A stretch of DNA of 64,000 nt from positions 5,283 to 69,282 of IMG/VR virus record IMGVR_UViG_3300037631_002929, one strand, 5' to 3'. Positions 1-10,749 of the stretch are shown here, piece by piece (the stretch's first letter is position 1; each line of letters starts with the position of its first letter). A program made the position numbers and the translations under genes. This stretch comes from a virus (Duplodnaviria; Caudoviricetes). The notes below the pieces were generated by a model, which saw only the letters and a program-made list of their open reading frames with translations, was not told where the DNA came from and did not search any database.

Positions 1-630
1 ACTGGCTTCGGTGGTATCACAGTTAATGCGAATAACCCTCTTGATGACCCACAAATGATTGCCTCACCACAGAATGAAACCGATCAGCTCGGTGGTGATA
101 AGTCAATGACATGGAGAGCAGCGCTATCGTCAGATGATGATTACGTCGCTCCGATCATTGACCTTGGTCGTTTGTCAGGTACATTGATTCGTAACCGTAT
201 TGATAACCCGGTTGCCGCGGCAGCTGACACTGGTGAGAACATTCCTAATAACTATGTGGCTGAGACTGATGCACGTAGCGGTACAGCTGCAGCGAAACAT
301 ATCTTTGTTCCTATCACACTGGAAGAAGAAGCCATTGGTCTGAAAGTGCTCTTTGCAGCGAACCGTCCGGCTGATACATACATCGATCTATACTGGCGTG
401 TTGCCGAGTCTGGTTCTGATGTAGCGCTGAACGACACTGACTGGACATTGGCAACTATCGACCAGGCAATGCCAACCGATAATAACCCAGATACGTTCCG
501 TGAATATGAGTATACTATCGAAGTTGGTGTAGCGTTCACGCGTTATCAATATAAGATTGTGTTCCGTTCACAGACAACCTCTGCAGTACCACGTATCTCT
601 GATTATCGTAGTATCGCACTTGCTACGTAA
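1..630 (+). CDS. C-terminal part of a large baseplate/VrlC-like virion structural protein (begins before the window)
   Basis: Frame is open from base 1. The C-terminus (FREYEY...YQYKIVFRS...VPRISDYRSIALA) is typical of the large structural protein upstream of the neck genes in marine T4-like phages. Confidence 0.65.
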   Translation, partial: TGFGGITVNANNPLDDPQMIASPQNETDQLGGDKSMTWRAALSSDDDYVAPIIDLGRLSGTLIRNRIDNPVAAAADTGENIPNNYVAETDARSGTAAAKHIFVPITLEEEAIGLKVLFAANRPADTYIDLYWRVAESGSDVALNDTDWTLATIDQAMPTDNNPDTFREYEYTIEVGVAFTRYQYKIVFRSQTTSAVPRISDYRSIALAT

Positions 631-836
631 TGAGAAAAGTAGAAGGTCATTCTAGCCTTCGGCGGTCAACAAACGGGTCAGTCATATCAGTAGATAAGAC
701 TGCCCTGGCCAGAGCCAAGGCTCAGAAGGCAAAAGATGAAGAACTAAAAAGGCTAAGAGTTGAAGTCGACCAACTCACAAGCCTTATAAATAGTATAAAC
801 ACACAATTGCAAGAGTTGAAAACCAATGGCAGATAG
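630..836 (+). CDS. small hypothetical protein with coiled-coil C-terminus
   Basis: TAATG-coupled to the upstream gene; 68 aa; typical position in T4-like myophages. Confidence 0.6.
   Translation: MRKVEGHSSLRRSTNGSVISVDKTALARAKAQKAKDEELKRLRVEVDQLTSLINSINTQLQELKTNGR
785..792 (+). promoter_or_regulatory. T4-type late promoter TATAAATA
   Basis: Exact motif 34 nt upstream of the 826 ATG. Confidence 0.65.
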
Positions 837-2937
837 AACAATTACGGATACCACCCTTATCGGTGACTGGGCTGATCAATATAACCTACTCGTTGGTGAT
901 GTAGGTGACATTGATACAGTTACGACAACTGCGTCGGACCTAGTCGGTGCGGTGAATGAGATTGATGGGGAGATTGGTACACTATCGTCCTTGACAACTA
1001 CAGCAAACTCTAATCTTGTTGTGGCTGTTAATGAGCTCGATGGTGAAATCGGTACCCTTGCTTCTTTGACGACAACAGCTAACTCAAACCTCGTTGCTGC
1101 CATTAACGAGGTTGATGCTGACTTGGCGCTAAAAGCTAGTACAGACTCTCCTGCCTTTACAACTGCTGCGACCCTCGACGGTGCAGATCTTGCGACAGAA
1201 ACCTACGTAACGACACAGCTGGGTAGCTATGCAACTCTTGCTTCACCGGCTCTGACAGGTAGCCCTACTGCTCCAACACAAACCACCGGTGATGCGTCGA
1301 CAAAGATCGCAACGACTCAGTTTGTTCAGTCCTCAGTCGCTTCTCTTGGCGGCGGTGACGTATTGAAAATCGGTACCCCTGTCGATGATCAACTGGCTAT
1401 CTGGACCGGTGACGGTACGATCGAAGGTGACTCCGGTCTAACGTGGACTACTTCTACTTCAACACTTGCTATCGGCGGTAATAAAGTATGGAATGCAGGA
1501 AATGATGGTGCAGCTTCTGGTCTTGACGCTGATCTCCTTGATGGCGAGCACGGCGCATATTATCTTGACTTCGATAACTTCTCGAACCTTCCTGATCCTG
1601 CTATCACTCTTGGAGGTGACGCGACGGGTAGTATCACGCTTACTGATTTGGTTGGTGGAACGCTTACTGTTACGATCGTTGACGACTCACACAACCACGT
1701 AATTGGTAACGTTGATGGTCTGCAAACAGCCCTTGATGACAAAGCTGATTTGGCTTCTCCTGCTCTGACAGGTAACCCTACCGCAACAACTCAGACTACA
1801 GGTGATGACTCAACGCGGATCGCAACAACTGCGTTTGTTCAACAAGAGCTTGATGCTCAGGTCCATGACGCTGCTGACATTACAACAGGTACACTCAGTG
1901 CTGACCGTATACCGAGTCTTGCAGCCTCTAAGATTACGAGTGGGACATTTGCAGTAGCACGTATCCCATCACTCTCTACTGCTAAGATTACAACGGGCAC
2001 ATTCGCTAACGCACGTATTGCCGAGTCTAGTGTAACACAACACCAAGCAGCTCTATCGATTACCGAATCACAGATTAGTGACCTTGCCGATTATGGTGTC
2101 ATTACGTCTGGTACGTCTGCACCATCTTCAACACCAGGTGCTGTCGGTGATGTCTTTGTTGATACAACCGGTGACGTTGTCTATGTCGCTAGTGGTAACG
2201 CAAGTTCGGCGGACTGGATTCAAGTCTCTGGATCGGGTGGCGTTGGTGACCTAGGTGATACTACAATCTCAGGTGGTTTGACGACCGGTGACTTCCTCCG
2301 TTACGACGGTGGAGCATGGGTTGATACTCACTTAATCGCTTCTGATATCCCATCACTTGCAGCTTCAAAGATCACCTCAGGAACGTTGGCCGATGCTCGT
2401 ATCTCTGAATCAAGTGTAACACAGCATGAAGCAGCCTTGTCTATTGCACCAAGTCAGCTGTCTGGTAATATTGCCCTTGGTGCTGACACGTCCGGCAACT
2501 ACGTTGCTACTGTGGCTGGTACGACCAATGAGATCGAAGTCACTGGTGGATCTGGTGAGGGAACCGCTATTATCGTCGGTCTTCCGAATGATGTAACGAT
2601 TGGTAACGATCTGACTGTTACCGGTAATATTGCAGGTGATACTATTCAGGCACGTGCTGCAGCATCAGCGAACACATCGAGTACTCTTGGTGCAGGCGAT
2701 GAGAACTCGGTTGTTATTGCAACTGGTACTATTACAGTTCCATCAGCCACGTTTACTGCCCGTGACGTCATCATCATTACAGCGGGCTCATCGGATCGCA
2801 CTATCAACCGTGGGTCTGGATTGGCTATGTATCTTAACGGTACGGATGAGTCGACTGTCACGCTGGCAGCTAACGGTATGATGAGTGTCGTATTTGAGAC
2901 TGCTAGTAAGTGTATTATTTCAGGTAACTTTGTATAA
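826..2937 (+). CDS. fibre/whisker-like virion protein with repeats
   Basis: Thr/Ser/Gly-rich. Repeats GTLxSLTTTANSNLVxAxNE, LASPALTGxPTAxTQTTGDxSTxIATTxFVQ and IPSLAASKITSGT; lies upstream of gp13. Confidence 0.7.
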   Translation: MADRTITDTTLIGDWADQYNLLVGDVGDIDTVTTTASDLVGAVNEIDGEIGTLSSLTTTANSNLVVAVNELDGEIGTLASLTTTANSNLVAAINEVDADLALKASTDSPAFTTAATLDGADLATETYVTTQLGSYATLASPALTGSPTAPTQTTGDASTKIATTQFVQSSVASLGGGDVLKIGTPVDDQLAIWTGDGTIEGDSGLTWTTSTSTLAIGGNKVWNAGNDGAASGLDADLLDGEHGAYYLDFDNFSNLPDPAITLGGDATGSITLTDLVGGTLTVTIVDDSHNHVIGNVDGLQTALDDKADLASPALTGNPTATTQTTGDDSTRIATTAFVQQELDAQVHDAADITTGTLSADRIPSLAASKITSGTFAVARIPSLSTAKITTGTFANARIAESSVTQHQAALSITESQISDLADYGVITSGTSAPSSTPGAVGDVFVDTTGDVVYVASGNASSADWIQVSGSGGVGDLGDTTISGGLTTGDFLRYDGGAWVDTHLIASDIPSLAASKITSGTLADARISESSVTQHEAALSIAPSQLSGNIALGADTSGNYVATVAGTTNEIEVTGGSGEGTAIIVGLPNDVTIGNDLTVTGNIAGDTIQARAAASANTSSTLGAGDENSVVIATGTITVPSATFTARDVIIITAGSSDRTINRGSGLAMYLNGTDESTVTLAANGMMSVVFETASKCIISGNFV

Positions 2938-3392
2938 TGAGTATACTCCTTCACATGGTGGCTAATACACTACATCTCGGCGGAGATCGTGTGCGTATAG
3001 ACAGTGCTACTATTACTGATGATGCAATCACTGATACTACAGCCGATGTAAAATCTACGATTCGGTTACAATCTGATGGTACAGTTGACTATCTCAGAAC
3101 TGCGAACTCGAATAGTAGTAATGTATATAACTGGGTCTTACCGGTAGAAAACGCCGGAAACTATCACGTCAGGGGTACGGTTACAGATTCACCCGCGAGT
3201 GCGTCTATTGATTTACCTTTTGGTTGGCGGGCTCTGACCAGTTCAACTACGTATGGTATCTTTAAAAATACTGTCGGGTCTAATTACGATGACTCATGTA
3301 CTATGTTACTTGAACTTTCAGATGATGGTGGTTCAACCACATTAAAAAGCGCCTCGGTTACGTTTAGACTGCAGGTTGAGAAAGTTATATAA
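2937..3392 (+). CDS. hypothetical virion-associated protein
   Basis: TAATG-coupled 151 aa beta-rich ORF. Confidence 0.55.
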   Translation: MSILLHMVANTLHLGGDRVRIDSATITDDAITDTTADVKSTIRLQSDGTVDYLRTANSNSSNVYNWVLPVENAGNYHVRGTVTDSPASASIDLPFGWRALTSSTTYGIFKNTVGSNYDDSCTMLLELSDDGGSTTLKSASVTFRLQVEKVI

Positions 3393-3395
3393 ATA
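3388..3395 (+). promoter_or_regulatory. late promoter TATAAATA for gp13-15
   Basis: Exact motif followed by AAGGA RBS and ATG 3413. Confidence 0.75.
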
Positions 3396-3412
3396 GTCAT
3401 AAAGGATAACAC

Positions 3413-4162
3413 ATGGCGACTCCATCAAACCGTACTGACTTTAAAGAATTCGTTCTACGCTTCCTCGGTAAGGATGTGTTGGAAATTAACGTATCCGATG
3501 CTCAGGTTGAAGACCGTATCGACGATGCCATTCAGTACTGGCAAGAGTTCCACGGTGACGCTGTCGTCGAAAGTTACTTTAAGACTCAATTGACTCAAAC
3601 TGACATTGACAACCAGTATATTACGGTTGGTAATGAGGTTGCTTATATCACGAAAGTCCTTCCTATCAATAACCGTTCTGGTTTTGACAGTGGGATGTTT
3701 AACATTGAATACCAAATGCACTTGAACGACCTGTTCGACCTGTCATTCTCTGGTGGTGTTACGACATACGTTCAAGCTAAACAGTACCTTGGATTTCTTG
3801 ATGACGTCTTTCAAGGCGTTGATCACTTCCAATACTCACTGTATGAAAACAAGGTATCGCTTCAAATCGACTGGGATAAAGACGTAAAAGTTGGTGATCA
3901 CTTAATAACACGTGGCTATCGTTTCGTTGATCCTGATACAGCAACAAAGGCCTGGAATGACCGTTGGTTAAAAGCGTATGCTGCAGCCTTGATCCAAAAG
4001 CAGTGGGGTATGAACCTCATGAAGTTTAATGGTGTCTCTCTCATCGGCGGTGTTACCATGGATGGCTCGAGTATATTCAACGAGGGTAAAGAGCGTCAGG
4101 CTGAATTGGAACAAGAAGTGAAGAACAGATACGAACCTCCTGTTGACTTCTTTATTGGGTAA
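3413..4162 (+). CDS. gp13: neck protein
   Basis: EINVSDAQVEDRIDDAIQYWQEFH; WLKAYAAALIQKQWGMNLMKF; PPVDFFIG C-terminus; synteny. Confidence 0.9.
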   Translation: MATPSNRTDFKEFVLRFLGKDVLEINVSDAQVEDRIDDAIQYWQEFHGDAVVESYFKTQLTQTDIDNQYITVGNEVAYITKVLPINNRSGFDSGMFNIEYQMHLNDLFDLSFSGGVTTYVQAKQYLGFLDDVFQGVDHFQYSLYENKVSLQIDWDKDVKVGDHLITRGYRFVDPDTATKAWNDRWLKAYAAALIQKQWGMNLMKFNGVSLIGGVTMDGSSIFNEGKERQAELEQEVKNRYEPPVDFFIG

Positions 4163-4167
4163 GTGAT

Positions 4168-5019
4168 ATGGCAATAAATCCTTACTTTACAGAAAGCGGT
4201 GGCGTTACGACTCAGAAGAGCCTTTATGAGGATCTTATCATTGAGGCGTTGAAGATATACGGCCAAACCTTTCATTACATTCCACGAGAAGTGTTGAACC
4301 ACGACAAGCTCTTTGGTGAAGACCAGCTTGCACGTTTCGATGACGCATATGAAATCGAAATGTATATCGAGAATGAAAGCTTCGGTGATGGATCTGACCT
4401 GTTCCAGAAGTTTGGTGTTGAGATCCGCGATGAAGCAACAGTCGTCGTATCCAAGTCAAGATGGCTTCAAGAGGTCGTAACAGATGGCGGTGAGTCATTG
4501 ACTCGACCAAGAGAAGGTGACCTTGTATACTTTGACTCTGCCAAAGCTTTGTTTGAGATCACGTTCGTTGAACACGAGAAACCATTCTATCAGTTGAACA
4601 ACCTACCTGTATATAAACTAAATATCAGTCCGTTCGAGTATAGTGGTGAAGAGATGGACCTTGAGGCTATCGGGGTCGATGAGAAAGAATATGCATCGAC
4701 GTATGTCGTTACTGTAGCTGACGCTGCTGGTTACGCTGACGGTGAGACTGTGACTCAGACTGTTGGAACTACGACGGTCACCGGTGAGATCCAGTCGATC
4801 TCAGGTAATGAGATTACTGTATCGAATGTATCGAATGATACATCTAGCTTTATCATCTTCTCGGCAGGTTCTGATCTTGTAGGTGCAACAAGCTCAACTG
4901 CCTCGAATGTTACTGAGGTGGCTGCTCTTGAAGATCGCTACTCTGACAATAACGATATTGAATCTATAGCAGATGACATTACGGCGTTTGATGCATCGAA
5001 TCCGTTCGGAGACTTTTAA
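4168..5019 (+). CDS. gp14: neck / head completion protein
   Basis: NPYF...EDLIIEALKIYG..HYIPRE; KFGVEIRDE; RPREGDLVYF; NPFG C-terminus. Confidence 0.9.
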   Translation: MAINPYFTESGGVTTQKSLYEDLIIEALKIYGQTFHYIPREVLNHDKLFGEDQLARFDDAYEIEMYIENESFGDGSDLFQKFGVEIRDEATVVVSKSRWLQEVVTDGGESLTRPREGDLVYFDSAKALFEITFVEHEKPFYQLNNLPVYKLNISPFEYSGEEMDLEAIGVDEKEYASTYVVTVADAAGYADGETVTQTVGTTTVTGEIQSISGNEITVSNVSNDTSSFIIFSAGSDLVGATSSTASNVTEVAALEDRYSDNNDIESIADDITAFDASNPFGDF

Positions 5020-5783
5020 TGTACGGTCAGTATAGTTACAACTCACATATTCGAAAGCTAGTGGCACTGTTCGGTGACATGTTTAATAACATTTCAACGG
5101 CTCGTCAGGATACGTCAGGTAACTTGACAAACCAAAAGCGGGTACCGCTGGCGTACGCACCACGTGAGTCATTCCTTGCAAGGCTTGAAGAAAACCCAGA
5201 CCTGACTGATGATCGCGTAGCCATATCGCTACCTCGTATGTCCTTTGAGATTACGGGTACTTTGACCTATGATGCACTGCGACAGCTGCCAAAAAATAAT
5301 GTATGTCGTGTTACTGACTCGAACGGTAGCCCGACAAAGATATATGCACCAGCTCCGTATATTATACCGTTTGAGCTGAACGTATATTCGAAAAACCAAG
5401 ATGAGGCTCTGCAGATCGTTGAGCAGATCATACCATACTTTAAACCTTCGATCCGCCGTACGTATTATCCAATTGATGGTGAGACGTTTACTGACGAGGT
5501 TATCTTCCGGTTGGTCTCGGTTACCAAGGAAGACACATATGCAAACGACTTTACTAATAACCGTAAGATCATCTATACTATCATGTTTGATGCTCGTATA
5601 AATATCTTTGCACGGGTAGACACTGACGCGTCGGTTATTCTTAACTCTATTGTTAACTTTACGACTGATGCAACTAAGGATACTAATGACCTTACGATTA
5701 CTCAGTCTGTCAATCCACAGAGTGCAACGGTACCAACTGATACACATACGATTGATATCACCTATAATTACGGATTCGAGTAA
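5019..5783 (+). CDS. gp15: tail sheath stabiliser / completion protein
   Basis: ALFGDMFNNI; VPLAYAPRE; LPRMSFEI; LQIVEQIIPYFKP. Confidence 0.9.
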   Translation: MYGQYSYNSHIRKLVALFGDMFNNISTARQDTSGNLTNQKRVPLAYAPRESFLARLEENPDLTDDRVAISLPRMSFEITGTLTYDALRQLPKNNVCRVTDSNGSPTKIYAPAPYIIPFELNVYSKNQDEALQIVEQIIPYFKPSIRRTYYPIDGETFTDEVIFRLVSVTKEDTYANDFTNNRKIIYTIMFDARINIFARVDTDASVILNSIVNFTTDATKDTNDLTITQSVNPQSATVPTDTHTIDITYNYGFE

Positions 5784-6271
5784 TGAACGAAGAAATGCTA
5801 GACGAAGGGTTTATTGATAGCCTCAGGAAAATTATTGGTCCTGATAACTCTAACCTTATGGATGGCATAATTAAGTTCTTTGCTCAGACACTGACTCTTA
5901 AGAAGGCTGATAGAGCAGCGTCTCTTGAGAAAATGTCTAAAGCGTTTAGTGATACGTATAATAGTGAGTTCAAAAACATTGAAGCTGCGGTGACAAACCC
6001 TAGTCCTGAGACATTAGCAAAGGCTAGTAAGTCTATGGCTAAGTTGTCGACTGATGTTCTTCGTATGATAGGTCTTGGAGCTTTTGCGGCAGTTCCAATA
6101 CCAGGCACTGGACCGGCAACGGTTCTTGTTGCACATATGTTGTTAAAGAAAGTGACGGGTGATAAACTCGGTCTCATCCCTCCTTCGACGTATCAAACAT
6201 TTCGTAAGTACCAAGAACTAAGTAAGCCAAAGACCGAGCGTAAGTCATTTAAAGAGTTCCGACGTGGATAA
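5783..6271 (+). CDS. hypothetical protein inserted between gp15 and gp16
   Basis: Translationally coupled 162 aa ORF with a hydrophobic AAVPIPGTG segment. Confidence 0.6.
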   Translation: MNEEMLDEGFIDSLRKIIGPDNSNLMDGIIKFFAQTLTLKKADRAASLEKMSKAFSDTYNSEFKNIEAAVTNPSPETLAKASKSMAKLSTDVLRMIGLGAFAAVPIPGTGPATVLVAHMLLKKVTGDKLGLIPPSTYQTFRKYQELSKPKTERKSFKEFRRG

Positions 6272-6701
6272 CAAAGAAACTGCTAAGAAGATGATCGCCG
6301 AGATTAATGAGGCGGATGATCTCGAGAAGGATTACACTTTCTCGCGTGATACATATCATGAGCTAATTCAGGTATCCATTGATGCGATCCAAGACCTACA
6401 GCAACTCTCGAAGGATTCTGAACATCCTCGGGCGTTTGAAGTCTTGTTTAATGGTATCAAACATACCGCCGACATCAACAGTAAGTTAGTTGATCTACAA
6501 CGTAAAGTTCAGGTCATTCAACAGGATGGTAAGACGACTGAACATCAGCCAGGAAGACAGGTTCTCAGTGAGGAAGATCCTTCCGCGCAGATTGCATTCC
6601 AAGGTACAACGCGTGAGTTGTTATCTGCTATTGATAATGTCAAAGCTGATATCATAGATGCCGAGTACGAAGATAACGATGACACAGAAGACCCATCATA
6701 A
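6264..6701 (+). CDS. gp16: terminase small subunit
   Basis: DYTFSRDTYHELI...SEHPRAFEV; FQGTTRELL; directly upstream of gp17. Confidence 0.88.
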   Translation: MDNKETAKKMIAEINEADDLEKDYTFSRDTYHELIQVSIDAIQDLQQLSKDSEHPRAFEVLFNGIKHTADINSKLVDLQRKVQVIQQDGKTTEHQPGRQVLSEEDPSAQIAFQGTTRELLSAIDNVKADIIDAEYEDNDDTEDPS

Positions 6702-8331
6702 TCGCCAGATAAAAGACGCCTATCTCGGAAATCCCAACATCAAACGTGATGGGGTTGAACACTCGTTTACGCAAGCTGAACTTGAAGAGTACCTAAAGTG
6801 TAAGGCAGATCCTGAGTACTTTGCCGAGAAGTACATTAAGGTTATCCATATCGATCACGGTCTTGTGCCATTCAAGCCATATCCGTATCAGAAAGAGTTG
6901 TTCAAATCGTTTAACGAGAATCGATTCTCGGTTGTCCTTGCGTGTCGGCAGTCGGGTAAGTCTATCTCGACCTGTGCATATCTGCTATGGTACTCGCTCT
7001 TTCATTCTGAAAAGTTCGTGGCAATCCTTGCCAACAAGGCCGCAACCGCGAAGGAGATGTTATCTCGTATTACCTTGATGCTTGAGAACCTACCATTCTT
7101 CCTGCAGCCTGGCTGTAAAGCGTTGAACAAAGGTAGTATCGAGTTCTCAAACAATACTCGTATGGAAGCTCACGCAACGTCGTCGTCTTCTATTCGTGGT
7201 AAGTCTGTCAGTCTTCTATATCTCGATGAGTTTGCGTTTGTCGATAATGATACTGAGTTCTACACTTCAACATATCCAGTTGTTTCGTCAGGTAAGACCT
7301 CACGTGTTATTATCACATCGACCGCCAATGGCATTGGCAATATGTTCCACAAAATATACGAAGGTGCTGTACAAGGTACCAACGAATTTAAGGCATGTCG
7401 CGTTGATTGGTGGGACGTTCCTGGCCGTGATGAGAAGTGGAAAGAACAAACAATCTCGAACACCTCACAGGAACAGTTCGAACAGGAATTCGGTAACTCG
7501 TTTGGTCGGGGTACTGGTAAAACACTTATTGCTCCCGCTGCACTCTTGGCACTCCGGGCGATCAACCCCGTTGAGATCAAAGGTGATACACACATATACT
7601 CGCGTCCTATTGAAGGTCATCAATACGTGATGACAATTGATACTGCTAAAGGTCGTGGACAAGACTACTCTGCATTCTCGGTTATTGATGTTACCGAGGT
7701 ACCATTTAAGCAGGTTGCGGTCTTTAGAAATAACATGGTCTCGCCACTTATATACCCTGACTTCGTTTACAAGATGGCTGTTTATTACAACAATGCTTAT
7801 CTTGTGGTCGAATCAAATGACCAGGGATCTATGGTATGGAGAGCATTACGTTACGAGTTTGAGTATGAAAATATGTATGTTGGTAAGGTTGCCAATGGTA
7901 CTACGTTTGGCCTTGAACAGACTCGTAAGACAAAAAGAATTGGTTGTTCGAATCTCAAGGATCTTATCGAAGAGGGTAAGCTTGAGCTCCAAGACGCTGA
8001 GACCATTCGTGAACTAGGTACGTTCGAAGCTCGTAAGACATCTTACGAAGCCTCGCCTGGTAACCACGATGACTTGGTCATGACTCTTGTCATGTTTGGG
8101 TTCTTCGCGACAACTAATATGTTTGGTTATGTGGCTGATGAAAACCTTCGCGATATGATGTTACAAGAAAAAGATCGCCTGATTGCGGACTCGGTTCCCT
8201 TCCTTGGTTCTATTCAAGATGGAGACCTAGATCGTGACGTCGTATTCCAGGCACAAGAAGACGACTATGGTGATTTTGCAGTCCAATTCAAACGGGACGA
8301 TGTATTCGGTATAATTATCGAAGAGTCATAG
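6679..8331 (+). CDS. gp17: terminase large subunit
   Basis: YLGNPNIKR; Walker A RQSGKS; YLDEFAFV; ITSTANG; HDDLVM nuclease motif. Confidence 0.95.
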   Translation: MTQKTHHNRQIKDAYLGNPNIKRDGVEHSFTQAELEEYLKCKADPEYFAEKYIKVIHIDHGLVPFKPYPYQKELFKSFNENRFSVVLACRQSGKSISTCAYLLWYSLFHSEKFVAILANKAATAKEMLSRITLMLENLPFFLQPGCKALNKGSIEFSNNTRMEAHATSSSSIRGKSVSLLYLDEFAFVDNDTEFYTSTYPVVSSGKTSRVIITSTANGIGNMFHKIYEGAVQGTNEFKACRVDWWDVPGRDEKWKEQTISNTSQEQFEQEFGNSFGRGTGKTLIAPAALLALRAINPVEIKGDTHIYSRPIEGHQYVMTIDTAKGRGQDYSAFSVIDVTEVPFKQVAVFRNNMVSPLIYPDFVYKMAVYYNNAYLVVESNDQGSMVWRALRYEFEYENMYVGKVANGTTFGLEQTRKTKRIGCSNLKDLIEEGKLELQDAETIRELGTFEARKTSYEASPGNHDDLVMTLVMFGFFATTNMFGYVADENLRDMMLQEKDRLIADSVPFLGSIQDGDLDRDVVFQAQEDDYGDFAVQFKRDDVFGIIIEES

Positions 8332-8344
8332 GAATTGTACAACG

Positions 8345-8352
8345 TATAAATA
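8345..8352 (+). promoter_or_regulatory. late promoter for gp18/gp19
   Basis: TATAAATA in the intergenic region. Confidence 0.75.
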
Positions 8353-8442
8353 CTTTATTACAATTCGTTGCAACGTGAAATTCTTATTATGACTCATCGT
8401 TATATTGCCATATCATATAAAGCTAAAATAAGGAAAAGCTAA

Positions 8443-10140
8443 ATGCCCTTGAATCGAGTATCTCCTGGGGTCAGTGTTGCCGAGATCGATCTTACGACTC
8501 GCGCGCCAGCTGTCTCCACCTCTATTGGTGGTTTTGTTGGTAACTTCCGTTGGGGTCCAGTTGAAGAAATTACAACTGTATCTTCTGAGAATGACGTTCT
8601 CAATAAGTTCGGAACACCTACTGCCGCTACAACAATCGACTTCCACGTCCTTGCACAGTTCTTAAGCTACAGCAACAATGCTGAAGTTATTCGTGTCATC
8701 GACGGTGACGGTAACAATGCAAACGCCGGTGGCGATGATGACTGTGTTGTTAAGAACCGTACCAACTATGACGCACAGACATTCACACTTGGAACCGAAG
8801 GCCACTGGGTTGCTAAATACCCTGGCGCTCTCGGTAACTCTCTGAAGGTTGAAGTCTTCGGTTTTAAAACCGACACTGGAACAACACAAACTAACTTTGA
8901 TGCATGGACATACAACGGACGTTTTGATGGTCCTCCAGCAACGTCAGATTATGCATCTACACGTGGTTCATCTAACGACGAAATCCACGTCATCGTAATC
9001 GACGAAGATGGTCTCATCAGCGGAACCCCTGGTTCTGTCCTGGAAGTCTTCCCGTATCTTTCACAAGCATCCGACAGTAAAGACGCGTTCGGTGCTGCTA
9101 ACTACTATAAAACTGTCATCAATGAAAACAGTTCGTATATCTGGTTTGGTGCGACAGACTCTACTAACTTTGCTAACGCTGGTTCGCCGGCTACTTCTGC
9201 ACTTAACTACGAAGTCACTCCTGCGAGCGGTGTTGTTTCAACAGCGTTGACTGCGGGTGCAGACTCTGGTGCAATTGACTCTGCAGAGTATGCAACTGGT
9301 TTTGCACTGTTTGACGATCCAGCTCAGTCTGACGTCTCTATCCTCATTGGCCCTGACTTCCCAGTCGGTTCTGGTGTAACGATTGCTAATGACATTATTG
9401 CGACAGTCGAAGGCCGTAAGGATTGTGTATGTACTATCTCACCTGAGCGTACTGACGATACTGCAGCAGAGATTAAAGCATTCATGGATCAGGTCACCTC
9501 TTCCACATATGCAATCTGTGACTCAGGTCGTCTGACTGTCTTTGACCGTTTCAACGACGCTCTGATTAACATCCCAGCATCTGGTTCGGTTGCAGGTCTT
9601 ATGGCTGAAACTGACCGTACACGTGGATCGTTCTTCTCACCTGCTGGCTTCCGTCGTGGTCAAGTACGTAACGTTGTCAAGCTTGCTTACAACCCTGTCG
9701 AAGCTGATCGTGACACATTGTACAAAGCCGGCATTAACCCAATCGTTTCTTTCCCAGGTGAAGGTACGGTTCTGTTTGGTGACAAGACTCACACCGGTCG
9801 CCCATCTGCTTTCGATCGTATCAACGTACGTCGTCTCTTTATCCTTCTTGAGAAGAGCATTCGCATTGCAGCTCGTGACACCTTGTTTGAGTTCAACAAC
9901 GAGTTCACAAGAGCTCAGTTCACAAGCATCGTTGAGCCTTTCCTACGTACCATACAGGGTCTGCAAGGTATCACTAACTTTGCGGTTGTCTGTGATGAAA
10001 CCAACAACACTGGTGACGTTGTAGATCGTAACGAGTTTGTTGCAGACATCTATGTTCAGCCTGCACGTTCGATTAACTACATTCAGCTTAACTTCGTTGC
10101 GACACGTACTGGTGTTGCTTTCGAAACCGTTATATCTTAA
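8443..10140 (+). CDS. gp18: tail sheath protein
   Basis: SPGVSVAEIDLT; FRWGPVEE; FSPAGFRRG; FDRINVRRLF; FEFNNEFTR; PARSINYIQLNFVA. Confidence 0.95.
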   Translation: MPLNRVSPGVSVAEIDLTTRAPAVSTSIGGFVGNFRWGPVEEITTVSSENDVLNKFGTPTAATTIDFHVLAQFLSYSNNAEVIRVIDGDGNNANAGGDDDCVVKNRTNYDAQTFTLGTEGHWVAKYPGALGNSLKVEVFGFKTDTGTTQTNFDAWTYNGRFDGPPATSDYASTRGSSNDEIHVIVIDEDGLISGTPGSVLEVFPYLSQASDSKDAFGAANYYKTVINENSSYIWFGATDSTNFANAGSPATSALNYEVTPASGVVSTALTAGADSGAIDSAEYATGFALFDDPAQSDVSILIGPDFPVGSGVTIANDIIATVEGRKDCVCTISPERTDDTAAEIKAFMDQVTSSTYAICDSGRLTVFDRFNDALINIPASGSVAGLMAETDRTRGSFFSPAGFRRGQVRNVVKLAYNPVEADRDTLYKAGINPIVSFPGEGTVLFGDKTHTGRPSAFDRINVRRLFILLEKSIRIAARDTLFEFNNEFTRAQFTSIVEPFLRTIQGLQGITNFAVVCDETNNTGDVVDRNEFVADIYVQPARSINYIQLNFVATRTGVAFETVIS

Positions 10141-10150
10141 GGAGACCTAA

Positions 10151-10684
10151 ATGACTCTCAATATCAACAGCTTTAAGTCTCAGTTGGTTGATGGCGGCGC
10201 GCGCGGTAATTTATTCCGCGTCGTTGTCAACTTCCCGGGATTCGTCGGTGGGGACGTCGAAAAGACTTCGTTCCTATGTCGAGCGACTTCAATCCCAGGT
10301 GCCCAGGTCGGAACGGTCAACGTTCCATTCCGTGGTCGTCAGCTTAAGCTTCCGGGTGATCGTACATTCGCACCTTGGACTGCTACATTCTATAACGATG
10401 CTGCCTTCGACGTACATACAGCGTTTGTTCGCTGGCAGGACGGCATGAACGGCTTCTCTACAAACACTGGCTTCACTAACCATGAGTCTATGTTTGTGGA
10501 CATCAAAGTTCAACAACTTGACCGTAAAGAGAATGTCATCAAGGAGTTCCTTATTGAGGACGCTTGGCCATCACTCGTAGCTGCGATCGATCTGACATAT
10601 GAGCAGACAGAACAGATCGAACAGTTCCAGGTGACCTTCGAGTACCTTCAGTGGACTACCATTGACACGACCGGACAGGTCTAA
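10151..10684 (+). CDS. gp19: tail tube protein
   Basis: GGARGNLFRV; VPFRGRQLKLPGDRTFAPWTATFYND; IEQFQVTFEY. Confidence 0.93.
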   Translation: MTLNINSFKSQLVDGGARGNLFRVVVNFPGFVGGDVEKTSFLCRATSIPGAQVGTVNVPFRGRQLKLPGDRTFAPWTATFYNDAAFDVHTAFVRWQDGMNGFSTNTGFTNHESMFVDIKVQQLDRKENVIKEFLIEDAWPSLVAAIDLTYEQTEQIEQFQVTFEYLQWTTIDTTGQV

Positions 10685-10692
10685 ATAAACGT

Positions 10693-10734
10693 TATAAATA
10701 AGGGTGTGAGGATTCTTCTTCACATCCTTATTTT
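10693..10734 (+). terminator. intrinsic terminator after gp19, overlapped by the late promoter (TATAAATA 10693-10700) for gp20
   Basis: AATAAGGGTGTGAGGA-ttct-TCTTCACATCCTTATT hairpin with G-U pairs, followed by T run. Confidence 0.6.
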
Positions 10735-10749
10735 GATGAAAGAGTTATA

